From the human T2T-CHM13v2.0 reference genome, Homo sapiens: a stretch of 64,000 bases of DNA. Every line of letters begins with the position of its first letter. Position 1 is the stretch's first letter. The notes beneath the pieces are model-generated. The model did no database searches and was not told where the DNA came from. It was given only the letters and a program-made list of their open reading frames with translations. This document shows positions 12,255 to 26,800 of this stretch, one piece after another. The position numbers and the translations under genes were made by a program. Where the stretch lies: positions 10,816,001-10,880,000 of the forward strand of contig CP086569.2 of NCBI GenBank assembly GCA_009914755.4, given 5' to 3'.

Positions 12255-15200
12255 TACACAATAGGCAGAAAAGTGCTCCAAATATCCACTTGAAGATTCT
12301 ACAAAAACCGTGTTTCAAAACTGCCGAATCAAAAGAAAGGTTCAACTCTGTGAGATGAATGCACACATAACAAAGGAGTTTCTCAGAATGCTTCTGTGTA
12401 GCTTTTATATGAAGACATTTAGTTTTCCACAACAGGCCTCAAAGCTCTCTCCATATCCACTTGCAGATTCTACCGAAAGAGTGCTTCCAAACTGCTCAAT
12501 CAAAAGAGACATTCAAATCTGTGAGGTGAATGCAGACATCGTAAAGAAGTTTCTCAGAATGCTTCTGTGTATTTTTTGTGTGAAGTTATTCGTTTTTGCA
12601 CCATAGGCCTCCAAGCGTTCTAAATATCCACTTCTAGATTCTACAAAAAGAGAGTTTCAAAACTACTCAAACAAAAGGTTCAATTCTGTGAGTTGAAAGC
12701 AAACATCACAAAGAAGTTTCTCAGAATGCGTCTGTGTAGTTTTGATGTGAAGATATTTCCTTTTCACAGTAGAATGCAAAGGGCTCCAAATATCCACTTG
12801 GAGATTCTACAAAAAGAGTTTCAAAACCGCTCTGTCAAATGATAGGTTGAACTCCCGGAGGTGAATACACACATCACAAAGAGGTTTCTCAGCATGCTTC
12901 TGTGTAGTTTTTATGTAAACATATTTCCGTTTCTATCATAGGCCTCAAAGTGCTCCAAATATTCACTTGTACATTCTACCAAACGAGTATTTCAAAACTG
13001 CTCAATCAAATGGAAGGTTCAAAACTGTGACATGAATGCCCACATCACAAAGTAGTTTCTCAGAATGCTTCTGTGTAGTTTTTATGTGAAGATATTTCCT
13101 TTTCCACAACAGCGTGCAAAACGCTTCAAATATGCCCTTAGAGATTCCACAAAAAGAGTGTTTCCAAACTACTCAAATCAAAAAATGATTTCAACTCTGT
13201 GAGATGAATGCACACATCACAAACTAGTTTCTCAGAATGTTTCTGCCTGGTTCTCATGCGAAGATAGTTCCTTTTTCACCATAGGCCGCAATGTACTCCA
13301 AATATCCACCTGCAGATTCTACAAAAGTGAGTTTCAAAACTGCTCTATCAAAAGATCAGTTCGTCTCTGTGAGTTGAATGCATACATCAAAAAGAAGCTT
13401 CTCAAAATGCTTCTGTGTGGTTTTTCGGTGAAGATAGTTCTTTTTCTACCATAGGTCTCAAACCACTCCAAATATCCACTTGTAGATTCTATAAAAAGGA
13501 ATGTTCAAAATTGCTCAATAAAAATAAAGTTTCAACACCGTGAGATGAGTGCACAAATCACAAAGGAGTTTCTCAAAATGCTTCTGGGTAGTTTTTCTGT
13601 GAAGATAGTTCCTTTTCTACCATGGGCCACAAAGGGCTCCAAATACCCACTTGCAGATTCTACAAAAAGAGAGTTTCACAACTGCTCTATCAAACAATAT
13701 GTTCAACTTTGTGGGTTGAACACAAATATCACAAGAATTTTCTCCCAATGCTTCTGTGTAGTTTTTATGTGAAGACATTTCTTTTCCCTCCATAGTCCAC
13801 AAAGTGCTCCAAATATCCACTTACATATTCTAGAAAAAGATTGCTTGGAAACTGCACAATGAAAAGAAAGGTTCAAATATATGAGATGAATGCACACATC
13901 ACAAAGAAGTTTCTCAGAATCTCTCTGTGTAATTTTTATGTGAAGATATTTCCTTTCCCACCTTAGGTCTTAAAACGCTCCAAATATCCACTTGCAGATA
14001 CTACAAGAAGATTGTTTCAAAACTGCACAAAAAAAGAAATGTTCAATTCTGTTTGATGAATGCACACATCACAAAGAAGTTTCTCAGAATGCTTCTCTGT
14101 AGTTTTTATGTGAAGATATTTCCTTTTCCACAATAGGCCTCAAAGGGCTCCAAATATCCACTTCCAGATTCTATGAAAAGAATATTTCCAAACTGCTCAA
14201 TCATAGGAAATGTTCAACTCTGTGAGATGAATGCACACATCACAAGAAATTTCTCAGAATCCTTCAGTGTAGGTTTTATGAGAGATAATTCCTTTTCCAC
14301 AATAGTTCTCAAAGCACTCAAAATATCCACTTGCAGATTCTACAAAAGGAGTATTTCAAAACTGCTCAATCAAAAGAAAGGTTCAACTCTGTGGGATGAA
14401 TGGACACATCACAAAGAAGTTTCTCAGAATGCTTCTGTGTAGTATTTTTGTGAAGATATTTCTTTTCCACCATAGACCGCCAGGGGACACAAATATCCAC
14501 TTTCAGATTCTACAACAAGAGAGGTTCAAAACTACTCGATCAAGAGATGGTTTCAACTATGTGAGTTGAATGCACACATCACAAAGAACTATGTCGGAAT
14601 TCTTCTGTGTAGTTTTTATGTGAAGATATTTCCTTTTCCACAATAGACGTCAAAGTGATCCAGATATCCACTTGCAGATTCCACAAAAAGAGTGTTTCAA
14701 AAGTGCACAACCAAAAGAAAGGTTCAACTAGGTGAGATGAATGCACACATCAGAAGGAAGTTTCTCAGAATGCTTCTGCATAGCTTTTAAGGGAAGATAC
14801 TTCCTTTTCCAACATAGGCCTCAAAGCACTCCAAATATCCTCCTGGAGATACCACAAAAAGAGTGTTTGCAAACTGCTCAATCAAAAGAAAGATTTAACT
14901 CTGTGAGATGAATCCGCACATGACAAAGAAGTTTCTCAGAATGCTTCTGTGTAGTTTTTATGTGAAGATATTTCCTTTTCCACAATAAGACCCAAAAGGC
15001 TCCAAATATTCACTTGCAGATTCTAAAAAAAACAGTGTTTCAAAACTGCTCAATCAAAAGATAGTTCAACTCTGTGAGAAGAATGCTCACATCACTGAGA
15101 AGTTTCTCAGAATGCTTCTGTGTAGTTTTTATATGAAGATATTTCCTTTCCCACCGTAGGCCACAAAAGGCTCCAAATATCCACTTGCAGATACTATGAA

Positions 15201-18038
15201 AAGAGAGTTTCAAAACTGCTCATTCAAAAGATAGGTTCAACTCTGTGGTTTGAATGCACACAGCACAAAGAAGTTTCACAGAATGTGTCTGTGTAGTTTT
15301 TATGTGCGGATGTTTCCTTTTCCACCATATGCCTAAATATTTCCCAATTTCCACTTGCAGATTCCACAAGAAGAGTGTTTCAAAACTGCTGTATCAAATA
15401 AAGTTGAACTCTGTGAGGTGAATGCACACAGCACAAAATGGTTTCTCAGAATGCTTCCTTGTTGTTTTTATATGAAGATGTTTCCTTTTCAACAATAGGC
15501 CTCAAAGTGCTTCAAATGTCCACTTGCAGATTCTACAAAAAGAGTGTTTCAAAACTGCTCAATCAAAAGAAAGGTTCGACTCTGGGAAATTAATGCACAC
15601 ATCACAAAGAAGTTTCTCAGCTTCTGTGTAGTTTTCATGTGAAGTTATTTCCTTTTCCACAATAGGCCGCAAAGGGCTCCAAATATCAACTTACAGATTC
15701 TAGGAAAAGAGAGTTTCAAAACTGCTCTACGAAAAGATAGGTTGAACTCTGTGAGATGAATGCACACATCACAAAGAAGTTTCTCAGAATGCATCTGTGT
15801 AGTTTTTACGGGAAGATATTTCCTTTTCCACCATCTTCCACAAAGGTCTCCAAGTAACCACTTGCAGACTCTACAGAAAGACACTTTAAAAACTGCTCTA
15901 TCAAAAGATCAGTTCAAGTCTGTGGTTTGAATGCACACATCACAAAGAATTTTCTCAGAATGCTTCTGTGTAGTTTTCATATGAAGATATTTCCTTTTCC
16001 ACCATAGGCCTCAAAGCACTCCAAATATCCACTTGCAGATTCTACAAAAAGAGATTTTCAAAACTAGTCAATCAAAAGAAAGGTTCAACTCTGTCAGTTG
16101 AATGCACATATCACAAACAAGTTTCTCGGAATGCGTCTGTGTAGTTTTTATGTGAAGATATTTCCTTCTCCACAACAGGCCTCAAAGTGCTCCGAATATC
16201 CACTTGCAGATTTTACTAAAGAGTGTTTCCAAACTGCTCAATCAAGAGGAAGTTTCAAGTCTGTGAGCTGAACGCACACATCACAAAGTAGTTTCTGAGA
16301 ATGCTTCTGTGTAGTTTTTATGTGAAGATGTTTCCTTTTCCACCATAGGCTGCAAAGGGCTCCAAATATCCACTTGCAGATTCTACAAAAAGAGAGTTTC
16401 AAAAGTGCTCTATCAAAAGATAGGTTCAACTATGTGATATGAATGCACACATCACAAAGTAGTTTCTCAGAATGCTTCTGTGTAGTTTTTATGTAAAGAT
16501 ATTTCCTTTTCCACCATAGGCCTCAAAGCACTCCAAATATCCACTTGCAGATTCTACAAAAAGAGATTTTCAAAACTATTTAATCAAAAGAAAGGTTCAA
16601 ATCTGTCAGTTGAAGGTACATATCACAAACAAGTTTATTGGAATGCTTCTGTGTAGTTTTTATGTGAAGATATTTCCTTTTCCACAACAGGCCTCAAGGT
16701 GCTCCAAATATCCACTTGCAGATTTCACTAAAAGTGTGTTTCCAAGCTGCTCAATCAAGAGGAAGTTTCAAGTCTGTGAGGTGAATGCACACATTACAAA
16801 GAAGTTACTGAGAATGCTTCTGTGTAGTTTTTATGTGAAGATATTTCCTTTTCCACCGCAGGCCTCAAAGCGCTGCAAATATCCACTTGCAGATTCTACA
16901 AAAAGAGAGTTTCAAAACTGCTGTATCAAAAGATAGGGTCAACTCTGCGAGTTGAATAAACACATCACAAATAAGTTTCTGGGAACGCTTCTGTATAGTT
17001 TTATGTGAATATATTTCCTTTTCCACCATATGCCTCAAAGCACTCCAAATATCCACTTGCACATTATAGAAACATAGTCTTTCAAAACTTGTCAATCAAA
17101 GAAAGGTTCAACTCCGTGAGATGAGTGCACACATCACAGAGAAGTTTCTCGGAATGTTTCTGTGTAGTTTTTATGTGAAGATATTGCCTTTTCCACAATA
17201 GGCCTCAAAGCGTTCCAAATATCCAATTGCAGATTCCACAAAAAAAGTTTTTTAAAACTGCTCAATCAAATGATAGATTAAACTCTGTGAGATTAGTGCA
17301 CACATGTCAAAAAAGTTTCTCAGAATGCTTCTGTGTACTTTTTAGGGGAAGATATTTCCTTTTCCACCATCGGCCACAAAGGACTCCAAATAACCACATG
17401 CAGATTCTAGTAACACAGAGTTTCAAAACTGCTCTATCAAAAGATAAGTTCAACTCTGAGAGTTTAGTGCAACCATCGTGAAGAAGTTTCTCAGAATGCT
17501 TCTGAGTAGTGTTTATGTGAAGATATTTCCTTTTCCACCATAGGCCTGAAAGCCCTCCAAATATCCACTTGCAGATCCTACAAAAAGAAAGTTTCGAAAT
17601 GCTCTCTCAAACGATAGTTTCGACTCTGTGGTATGAATACACACATCACAAAGAAGTTTCTCAGAATGCTTCTGTGTAGTTTTTAAATGAAGATATTTCT
17701 TTTTCCACCATAGGCCTCAAAGCACTCCAAATATGCACTTCCAGATTCTACAAAAAGAGTGTTTCAGAACTGCTCAATCAAAAGGAAGGTTCCAGTCTGA
17801 GACAAATACACACATCAAAAGGTAGTTTCTCAGAATGCTTCTGTGTAGTTTTTATGTGAAGATATTTTCCTTTCCACCATAGGCCACAAATGGCTCTAAA
17901 TACCCACTTACATTTTCCACAAAAAGAGAGTTTCAAAACTGCTCTACCAAAGGTAAGTTTAACGCTGTGAGTTAAGAACATCACAAAGAAGTTTCTCAGA
18001 ATGCTTCTGTGTAGTTCTTACGTAAAGATATTTCCTTT
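12255..18038 (-). repeat. HOR copy 3, short form (34 monomers, 5784 bp, carries a 1-bp deletion)
   Basis: Offset 5784 (ORF 12310 to 18094). It lacks the two-monomer segment, with the hybrid junction near 14955. A 1-bp deletion near 14284 (atgagagataatt vs atgagaagataatt) creates the unique ORF 14173-14442. Private SNVs at 13566 and 14916. Confidence 0.9.
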
Positions 18039-21000
18039 TACACAATAGGCAGAAAAGTGCTCCAAATATCCACTTGAAGATTCTACAAAAACCGTGTTTC
18101 AAAACTGCCGAATCAAAAGAAAGGTTCAACTCTGTGAGATGAATGCACACATAACAAAGGAGTTTCTCAGAATGCTTCTGTGTAGCTTTTATATGAAGAC
18201 ATTTAGTTTTCCACAACAGGCCTCAAAGCTCTCTCCATATCCACTTGCAGATTCTACCGAAAGAGTGCTTCCAAACTGCTCAATCAAAAGAGACATTCAA
18301 ATCTGTGAGGTGAATGCAGACATCGTAAAGAAGTTTCTCAGAATGCTTCTGTGTATTTTTTGTGTGAAGTTATTCGTTTTTGCACCATAGGCCTCCAAGC
18401 GTTCTAAATATCCACTTCTAGATTCTACAAAAAGAGAGTTTCAAAACTACTCAAACAAAAGGTTCAATTCTGTGAGTTGAAAGCAAACATCACAAAGAAG
18501 TTTCTCAGAATGCGTCTGTGTAGTTTTGATGTGAAGATATTTCCTTTTCACAGTAGAATGCAAAGGGCTCCAAATATCCACTTGGAGATTCTACAAAAAG
18601 AGTTTCAAAACCGCTCTGTCAAATGATAGGTTGAACTCCCGGAGGTGAATACACACATCACAAAGAGGTTTCTCAGCATGCTTCTGTGTAGTTTTTATGT
18701 AAACATATTTCCGTTTCTATCATAGGCCTCAAAGTGCTCCAAATATTCACTTGTACATTCTACCAAACGAGTATTTCAAAACTGCTCAATCAAATGGAAG
18801 GTTCAAAACTGTGACATGAATGCCCACATCACAAAGTAGTTTCTCAGAATGCTTCTGTGTAGTTTTTATGTGAAGATATTTCCTTTTCCACAACAGCGTG
18901 CAAAACGCTTCAAATATGCCCTTAGAGATTCCACAAAAAGAGTGTTTCCAAACTACTCAAATCAAAAAATGATTTCAACTCTGTGAGATGAATGCACACA
19001 TCACAAACTAGTTTCTCAGAATGTTTCTGCCTGGTTCTCATGCGAAGATAGTTCCTTTTTCACCATAGGCCGCAATGTACTCCAAATATCCACCTGCAGA
19101 TTCTACAAAAGTGAGTTTCAAAACTGCTCTATCAAAAGATCAGTTCGTCTCTGTGAGTTGAATGCATACATCAAAAAGAAGCTTCTCAAAATGCTTCTGT
19201 GTGGTTTTTCGGTGAAGATAGTTCTTTTTCTACCATAGGTCTCAAACCACTCCAAATATCCACTTGTAGATTCTATAAAAAGGAATGTTCAAAATTGCTC
19301 AATAAAAATAAAGTTTCAACACCGTGAGATGAGTGCACAAATCACAAAGAAGTTTCTCAAAATGCTTCTGGGTAGTTTTTCTGTGAAGATAGTTCCTTTT
19401 CTACCATGGGCCACAAAGGGCTCCAAATACCCACTTGCAGATTCTACAAAAAGAGAGTTTCACAACTGCTCTATCAAACAATATGTTCAACTTTGTGGGT
19501 TGAACACAAATATCACAAGAATTTTCTCCCAATGCTTCTGTGTAGTTTTTATGTGAAGACATTTCTTTTCCCTCCATAGTCCACAAAGTGCTCCAAATAT
19601 CCACTTACATATTCTAGAAAAAGATTGCTTGGAAACTGCACAATGAAAAGAAAGGTTCAAATATATGAGATGAATGCACACATCACAAAGAAGTTTCTCA
19701 GAATCTCTCTGTGTAATTTTTATGTGAAGATATTTCCTTTCCCACCTTAGGTCTTAAAACGCTCCAAATATCCACTTGCAGATACTACAAGAAGATTGTT
19801 TCAAAACTGCACAAAAAAAGAAATGTTCAATTCTGTTTGATGAATGCACACATCACAAAGAAGTTTCTCAGAATGCTTCTCTGTAGTTTTTATGTGAAGA
19901 TATTTCCTTTTCCACAATAGGCCTCAAAGGGCTCCAAATATCCACTTCCAGATTCTATGAAAAGAATATTTCCAAACTGCTCAATCATAGGAAATGTTCA
20001 ACTCTGTGAGATGAATGCACACATCACAAGAAATTTCCCAGAATCCTTCAGTGTAGGTTTTATGAGAAGATAATTCCTTTTCCACAATAGTTCTCAAAGC
20101 ACTCAAAATATCCACTTGCAGATTCTACAAAAGGAGTATTTCAAAACTGCTCAATCAAAAGAAAGGTTCAACTCTGTGAGATGAATGGACACATCACAAA
20201 GAAGTTTCTCAGAATGCTTCTGTGTAGTATTTTTGTGAAGATATTTCTTTTCCACCATAGACCGCCAGGGGACACAAATATCCACTTTCAGATTCTACAA
20301 CAAGAGAGGTTCAAAACTACTCGATCAAGAGATGGTTTCAACTATGTGAGTTGAATGCACACATCACAAAGAACTATGTCGGAATTCTTCTGTGTAGTTT
20401 TTATGTGAAGATATTTCCTTTTCCACAATAGACGTCAAAGTGATCCAGATATCCACTTGCAGATTCCACAAAAAGAGTGTTTCAAAAGTGCACAACCAAA
20501 AGAAAGGTTCAACTAGGTGAGATGAATGCACACATCAGAAGGAAGTTTCTCAGAATGCTTCTGCATAGCTTTTAAGGGAAGATACTTCCTTTTCCAACAT
20601 AGGCCTCAAAGCACTCCAAATATCCTCCTGGAGATACCACAAAAAGAGTGTTTGCAAACTGCTCAATCAAAAGAAAGATTTAACTCTGTGAGATGAATCC
20701 ACACATGACAAAGAAGTTTCTCAGAATGCTTCTGTGTAGTTTTTATGTGAAGATATTTCCTTTTCCACAATAAGACCCAAAAGGCTCCAAATATTCACTT
20801 GCAGATTCTAAAAAAAACAGTGTTTCAAAACTGCTCAATCAAAAGATAGTTCAACTCTGTGAGAAGAATGCTCACATCACTGAGAAGTTTCTCAGAATGC
20901 TTCTGTGTAGTTTTTATATGAAGATATTTCCTTTCCCACCGTAGGCCACAAAAGGCTCCAAATATCCACTTGCAGATACTATGAAAAGAGAGTTTCAAAA

Positions 21001-23823
21001 CTGCTCATTCAAAAGATAGGTTCAACTCTGTGGTTTGAATGCACACAGCACAAAGAAGTTTCACAGAATGTGTCTGTGTAGTTTTTATGTGCGGATGTTT
21101 CCTTTTCCACCATATGCCTAAATATTTCCCAATTTCCACTTGCAGATTCCACAAGAAGAGTGTTTCAAAACTGCTGTATCAAATAAAGTTGAACTCTGTG
21201 AGGTGAATGCACACAGCACAAAATGGTTTCTCAGAATGCTTCCTTGTTGTTTTTATATGAAGATGTTTCCTTTTCAACAATAGGCCTCAAAGTGCTTCAA
21301 ATGTCCACTTGCAGATTCTACAAAAAGAGTGTTTCAAAACTGCTCAATCAAAAGAAAGGTTCGACTCTGGGAAATTAATGCACACATCACAAAGAAGTTT
21401 CTCAGCTTCTGTGTAGTTTTCATGTGAAGTTATTTCCTTTTCCACAATAGGCCGCAAAGGGCTCCAAATATCAACTTACAGATTCTAGGAAAAGAGAGTT
21501 TCAAAACTGCTCTACGAAAAGATAGGTTGAACTCTGTGAGATGAATGCACACATCACAAAGAAGTTTCTCAGAATGCATCTGTGTAGTTTTTACGGGAAG
21601 ATATTTCCTTTTCCACCATCTTCCACAAAGGTCTCCAAGTAACCACTTGCAGACTCTACAGAAAGACACTTTAAAAACTGCTCTATCAAAAGATCAGTTC
21701 AAGTCTGTGGTTTGAATGCACACATCACAAAGAATTTTCTCAGAATGCTTCTGTGTAGTTTTCATATGAAGATATTTCCTTTTCCACCATAGGCCTCAAA
21801 GCACTCCAAATATCCACTTGCAGATTCTACAAAAAGAGATTTTCAAAACTAGTCAATCAAAAGAAAGGTTCAACTCTGTCAGTTGAATGCACATATCACA
21901 AACAAGTTTCTCGGAATGCGTCTGTGTAGTTTTTATGTGAAGATATTTCCTTCTCCACAACAGGCCTCAAAGTGCTCCGAATATCCACTTGCAGATTTTA
22001 CTAAAGAGTGTTTCCAAACTGCTCAATCAAGAGGAAGTTTCAAGTCTGTGAGCTGAACGCACACATCACAAAGTAGTTTCTGAGAATGCTTCTGTGTAGT
22101 TTTTATGTGAAGATGTTTCCTTTTCCACCATAGGCTGCAAAGGGCTCCAAATATCCACTTGCAGATTCTACAAAAAGAGAGTTTCAAAAGTGCTCTATCA
22201 AAAGATAGGTTCAACTATGTGATATGAATGCACACATCACAAAGTAGTTTCTCAGAATGCTTCTGTGTAGTTTTTATGTAAAGATATTTCCTTTTCCACC
22301 ATAGGCCTCAAAGCACTCCAAATATCCACTTGCAGATTCTACAAAAAGAGATTTTCAAAACTATTTAATCAAAAGAAAGGTTCAAATCTGTCAGTTGAAG
22401 GTACATATCACAAACAAGTTTATTGGAATGCTTCTGTGTAGTTTTTATGTGAAGATATTTCCTTTTCCACAACAGGCCTCAAGGTGCTCCAAATATCCAC
22501 TTGCAGATTTCACTAAAAGTGTGTTTCCAAGCTGCTCAATCAAGAGGAAGTTTCAAGTCTGTGAGGTGAATGCACACATTACAAAGAAGTTACTGAGAAT
22601 GCTTCTGTGTAGTTTTTATGTGAAGATATTTCCTTTTCCACCGCAGGCCTCAAAGCGCTGCAAATATCCACTTGCAGATTCTACAAAAAGAGAGTTTCAA
22701 AACTGCTGTATCAAAAGATAGGGTCAACTCTGCGAGTTGAATAAACACATCACAAATAAGTTTCTGGGAACGCTTCTGTATAGTTTTATGTGAATATATT
22801 TCCTTTTCCACCATATGCCTCAAAGCACTCCAAATATCCACTTGCACATTATAGAAACATAGTCTTTCAAAACTTGTCAATCAAAGAAAGGTTCAACTCC
22901 GTGAGATGAGTGCACACATCACAGAGAAGTTTCTCGGAATGTTTCTGTGTAGTTTTTATGTGAAGATATTGCCTTTTCCACAATAGGCCTCAAAGCGTTC
23001 CAAATATCCAATTGCAGATTCCACAAAAAAAGTTTTTTAAAACTGCTCAATCAAATGATAGATTAAACTCTGTGAGATTAGTGCACACATGTCAAAAAAG
23101 TTTCTCAGAATGCTTCTGTGTACTTTTTAGGGGAAGATATTTCCTTTTCCACCATCGGCCACAAAGGACTCCAAATAACCACATGCAGATTCTAGTAACA
23201 CAGAGTTTCAAAACTGCTCTATCAAAAGATAAGTTCAACTCTGAGAGTTTAGTGCAACCATCGTGAAGAAGTTTCTCAGAATGCTTCTGAGTAGTGTTTA
23301 TGTGAAGATATTTCCTTTTCCACCATAGGCCTGAAAGCCCTCCAAATATCCACTTGCAGATCCTACAAAAAGAGAGTTTCGAAATGCTCTCTCAAACGAT
23401 AGTTTCGACTCTGTGGTATGAATACACACATCACAAAGAAGTTTCTCAGAATGCTTCTGTGTAGTTTTTAAATGAAGATATTTCTTTTTCCACCATAGGC
23501 CTCAAAGCACTCCAAATATGCACTTCCAGATTCTACAAAAAGAGTGTTTCAGAACTGCTCAATCAAAAGGAAGGTTCCAGTCTGAGACAAATACACACAT
23601 CAAAAGGTAGTTTCTCAGAATGCTTCTGTGTAGTTTTTATGTGAAGATATTTTCCTTTCCACCATAGGCCACAAATGGCTCTAAATACCCACTTACATTT
23701 TCCACAAAAAGAGAGTTTCAAAACTGCTCTACCAAAGGTAAGTTTAACGCTGTGAGTTAAGAACATCACAAAGAAGTTTCTCAGAATGCTTCTGTGTAGT
23801 TCTTACGTAAAGATATTTCCTTT
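18039..23823 (-). repeat. HOR copy 4, short form (34 monomers, 5785 bp)
   Basis: Offset 5785 (ORF 18094 to 23879). Private SNV about 20038 (tttccca vs tttctca). Confidence 0.9.
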
Positions 23824-26800
23824 TACACAATAGGCAGAAAAGTGCTCCAAATATCCACTTGAAGATTCTACAAAAACCGTGTTTCAAAACTGCCGAATCA
23901 AAAGAAAGGTTCAACTCTGTGAGATGAATGCACACATAACAAAGGAGTTTCTCAGAATGCTTCTGTGTAGCTTTTATATGAAGACATTTAGTTTTCCACA
24001 ACAGGCCTCAAAGCTCTCTCCATATCCACTTGCAGATTCTACCGAAAGAGTGCTTCCAAACTGCTCAATCAAAAGAGACATTCAAATCTGTGAGGTGAAT
24101 GCAGACATCGTAAAGAAGTTTCTCAGAATGCTTCTGTGTATTTTTTGTGTGAAGTTATTCGTTTTTGCACCATAGGCCTCCAAGCGTTCTAAATATCCAC
24201 TTCTAGATTCTACAAAAAGAGAGTTTCAAAACTACTCAAACAAAAGGTTCAATTCTGTGAGTTGAAAGCAAACATCACAAAGAAGTTTCTCAGAATGCGT
24301 CTGTGTAGTTTTGATGTGAAGATATTTCCTTTTCACAGTAGAATGCAAAGGGCTCCAAATATCCACTTGGAGATTCTACAAAAAGAGTTTCAAAACCGCT
24401 CTGTCAAATGATAGGTTGAACTCCCGGAGGTGAATACACACATCACAAAGAGGTTTCTCAGCATGCTTCTGTGTAGTTTTTATGTAAACATATTTCCGTT
24501 TCTATCATAGGCCTCAAAGTGCTCCAAATATTCACTTGTACATTCTACCAAACGAGTATTTCAAAACTGCTCAATCAAATGGAAGGTTCAAAACTGTGAC
24601 ATGAATGCCCACATCACAAAGTAGTTTCTCAGAATGCTTCTGTGTAGTTTTTATGTGAAGATATTTCCTTTTCCACAACAGCGTGCAAAACGCTTCAAAT
24701 ATGCCCTTAGAGATTCCACAAAAAGAGTGTTTCCAAACTACTCAAATCAAAAAATGATTTCAACTCTGTGAGATGAATGCACACATCACAAACTAGTTTC
24801 TCAGAATGTTTCTGCCTGGTTCTCATGCGAAGATAGTTCCTTTTTCACCATAGGCCGCAATGTACTCCAAATATCCACCTGCAGATTCTACAAAAGTGAG
24901 TTTCAAAACTGCTCTATCAAAAGATCAGTTCGTCTCTGTGAGTTGAATGCATACATCAAAAAGAAGCTTCTCAAAATGCTTCTGTGTGGTTTTTCGGTGA
25001 AGATAGTTCTTTTTCTACCATAGGTCTCAAACCACTCCAAATATCCACTTGTAGATTCTATAAAAAGGAATGTTCAAAATTGCTCAATAAAAATAAAGTT
25101 TCAACACCGTGAGATGAGTGCACAAATCACAAAGAAGTTTCTCAAAATGCTTCTGGGTAGTTTTTCTGTGAAGATAGTTCCTTTTCTACCATGGGCCACA
25201 AAGGGCTCCAAATACCCACTTGCAGATTCTACAAAAAGAGAGTTTCACAACTGCTCTATCAAACAATATGTTCAACTTTGTGGGTTGAACACAAATATCA
25301 CAAGAATTTTCTCCCAATGCTTCTGTGTAGTTTTTATGTGAAGACATTTCTTTTCCCTCCATAGTCCACAAAGTGCTCCAAATATCCACTTACATATTCT
25401 AGAAAAAGATTGCTTGGAAACTGCACAATGAAAAGAAAGGTTCAAATATATGAGATGAATGCACACATCACAAAGAAGTTTCTCAGAATCTCTCTGTGTA
25501 ATTTTTATGTGAAGATATTTCCTTTCCCACCTTAGGTCTTAAAACGCTCCAAATATCCACTTGCAGATACTACAAGAAGATTGTTTCAAAACTGCACAAA
25601 AAAAGAAATGTTCAATTCTGTTTGATGAATGCACACATCACAAAGAAGTTTCTCAGAATGCTTCTCTGTAGTTTTTATGTGAAGATATTTCCTTTTCCAC
25701 AATAGGCCTCAAAGGGCTCCAAATATCCACTTCCAGATTCTATGAAAAGAATATTTCCAAACTGCTCAATCATAGGAAATGTTCAACTCTGTGAGATGAA
25801 TGCACACATCACAAGAAATTTCTCAGAATCCTTCAGTGTAGGTTTTATGAGAAGATAATTCCTTTTCCACAATAGTTCTCAAAGCACTCAAAATATCCAC
25901 TTGCAGATTCTACAAAAGGAGTATTTCAAAACTGCTCAATCAAAAGAAAGGTTCAACTCTGTGAGATGAATGGACACATCACAAAGAAGTTTCTCAGAAT
26001 GCTTCTGTGTAGTATTTTTGTGAAGATATTTCTTTTCCACCATAGACCGCCAGGGGACACAAATATCCACTTTCAGATTCTACAACAAGAGAGGTTCAAA
26101 ACTACTCGATCAAGAGATGGTTTCAACTATGTGAGTTGAATGCACACATCACAAAGAACTATGTCGGAATTCTTCTGTGTAGTTTTTATGTGAAGATATT
26201 TCCTTTTCCACAATAGACGTCAAAGTGATCCAGATATCCACTTGCAGATTCCACAAAAAGAGTGTTTCAAAAGTGCACAACCAAAAGAAAGGTTCAACTA
26301 GGTGAGATGAATGCACACATCAGAAGGAAGTTTCTCAGAATGCTTCTGCATAGCTTTTAAGGGAAGATACTTCCTTTTCCAACATAGGCCTCAAAGCACT
26401 CCAAATATCCTCCTGGAGATACCACAAAAAGAGTGTTTGCAAACTGCTCAATCAAAAGAAAGATTTAACTCTGTGAGATGAATCCACACATGACAAAGAA
26501 GTTTCTCAGAATGCTTCTGTGTAGTTTTTATGTGAAGATATTTCCTTTTCCACAATAAGACCCAAAAGGCTCCAAATATTCACTTGCAGATTCTAAAAAA
26601 AACAGTGTTTCAAAACTGCTCAATCAAAAGATAGTTCAACTCTGTGAGAAGAATGCTCACATCACTGAGAAGTTTCTCAGAATGCTTCTGTGTAGTTTTT
26701 ATATGAAGATATTTCCTTTCCCACCGTAGGCCACAAAAGGCTCCAAATATCCACTTGCAGATACTATGAAAAGAGAGTTTCAAAACTGCTCATTCAAAAG

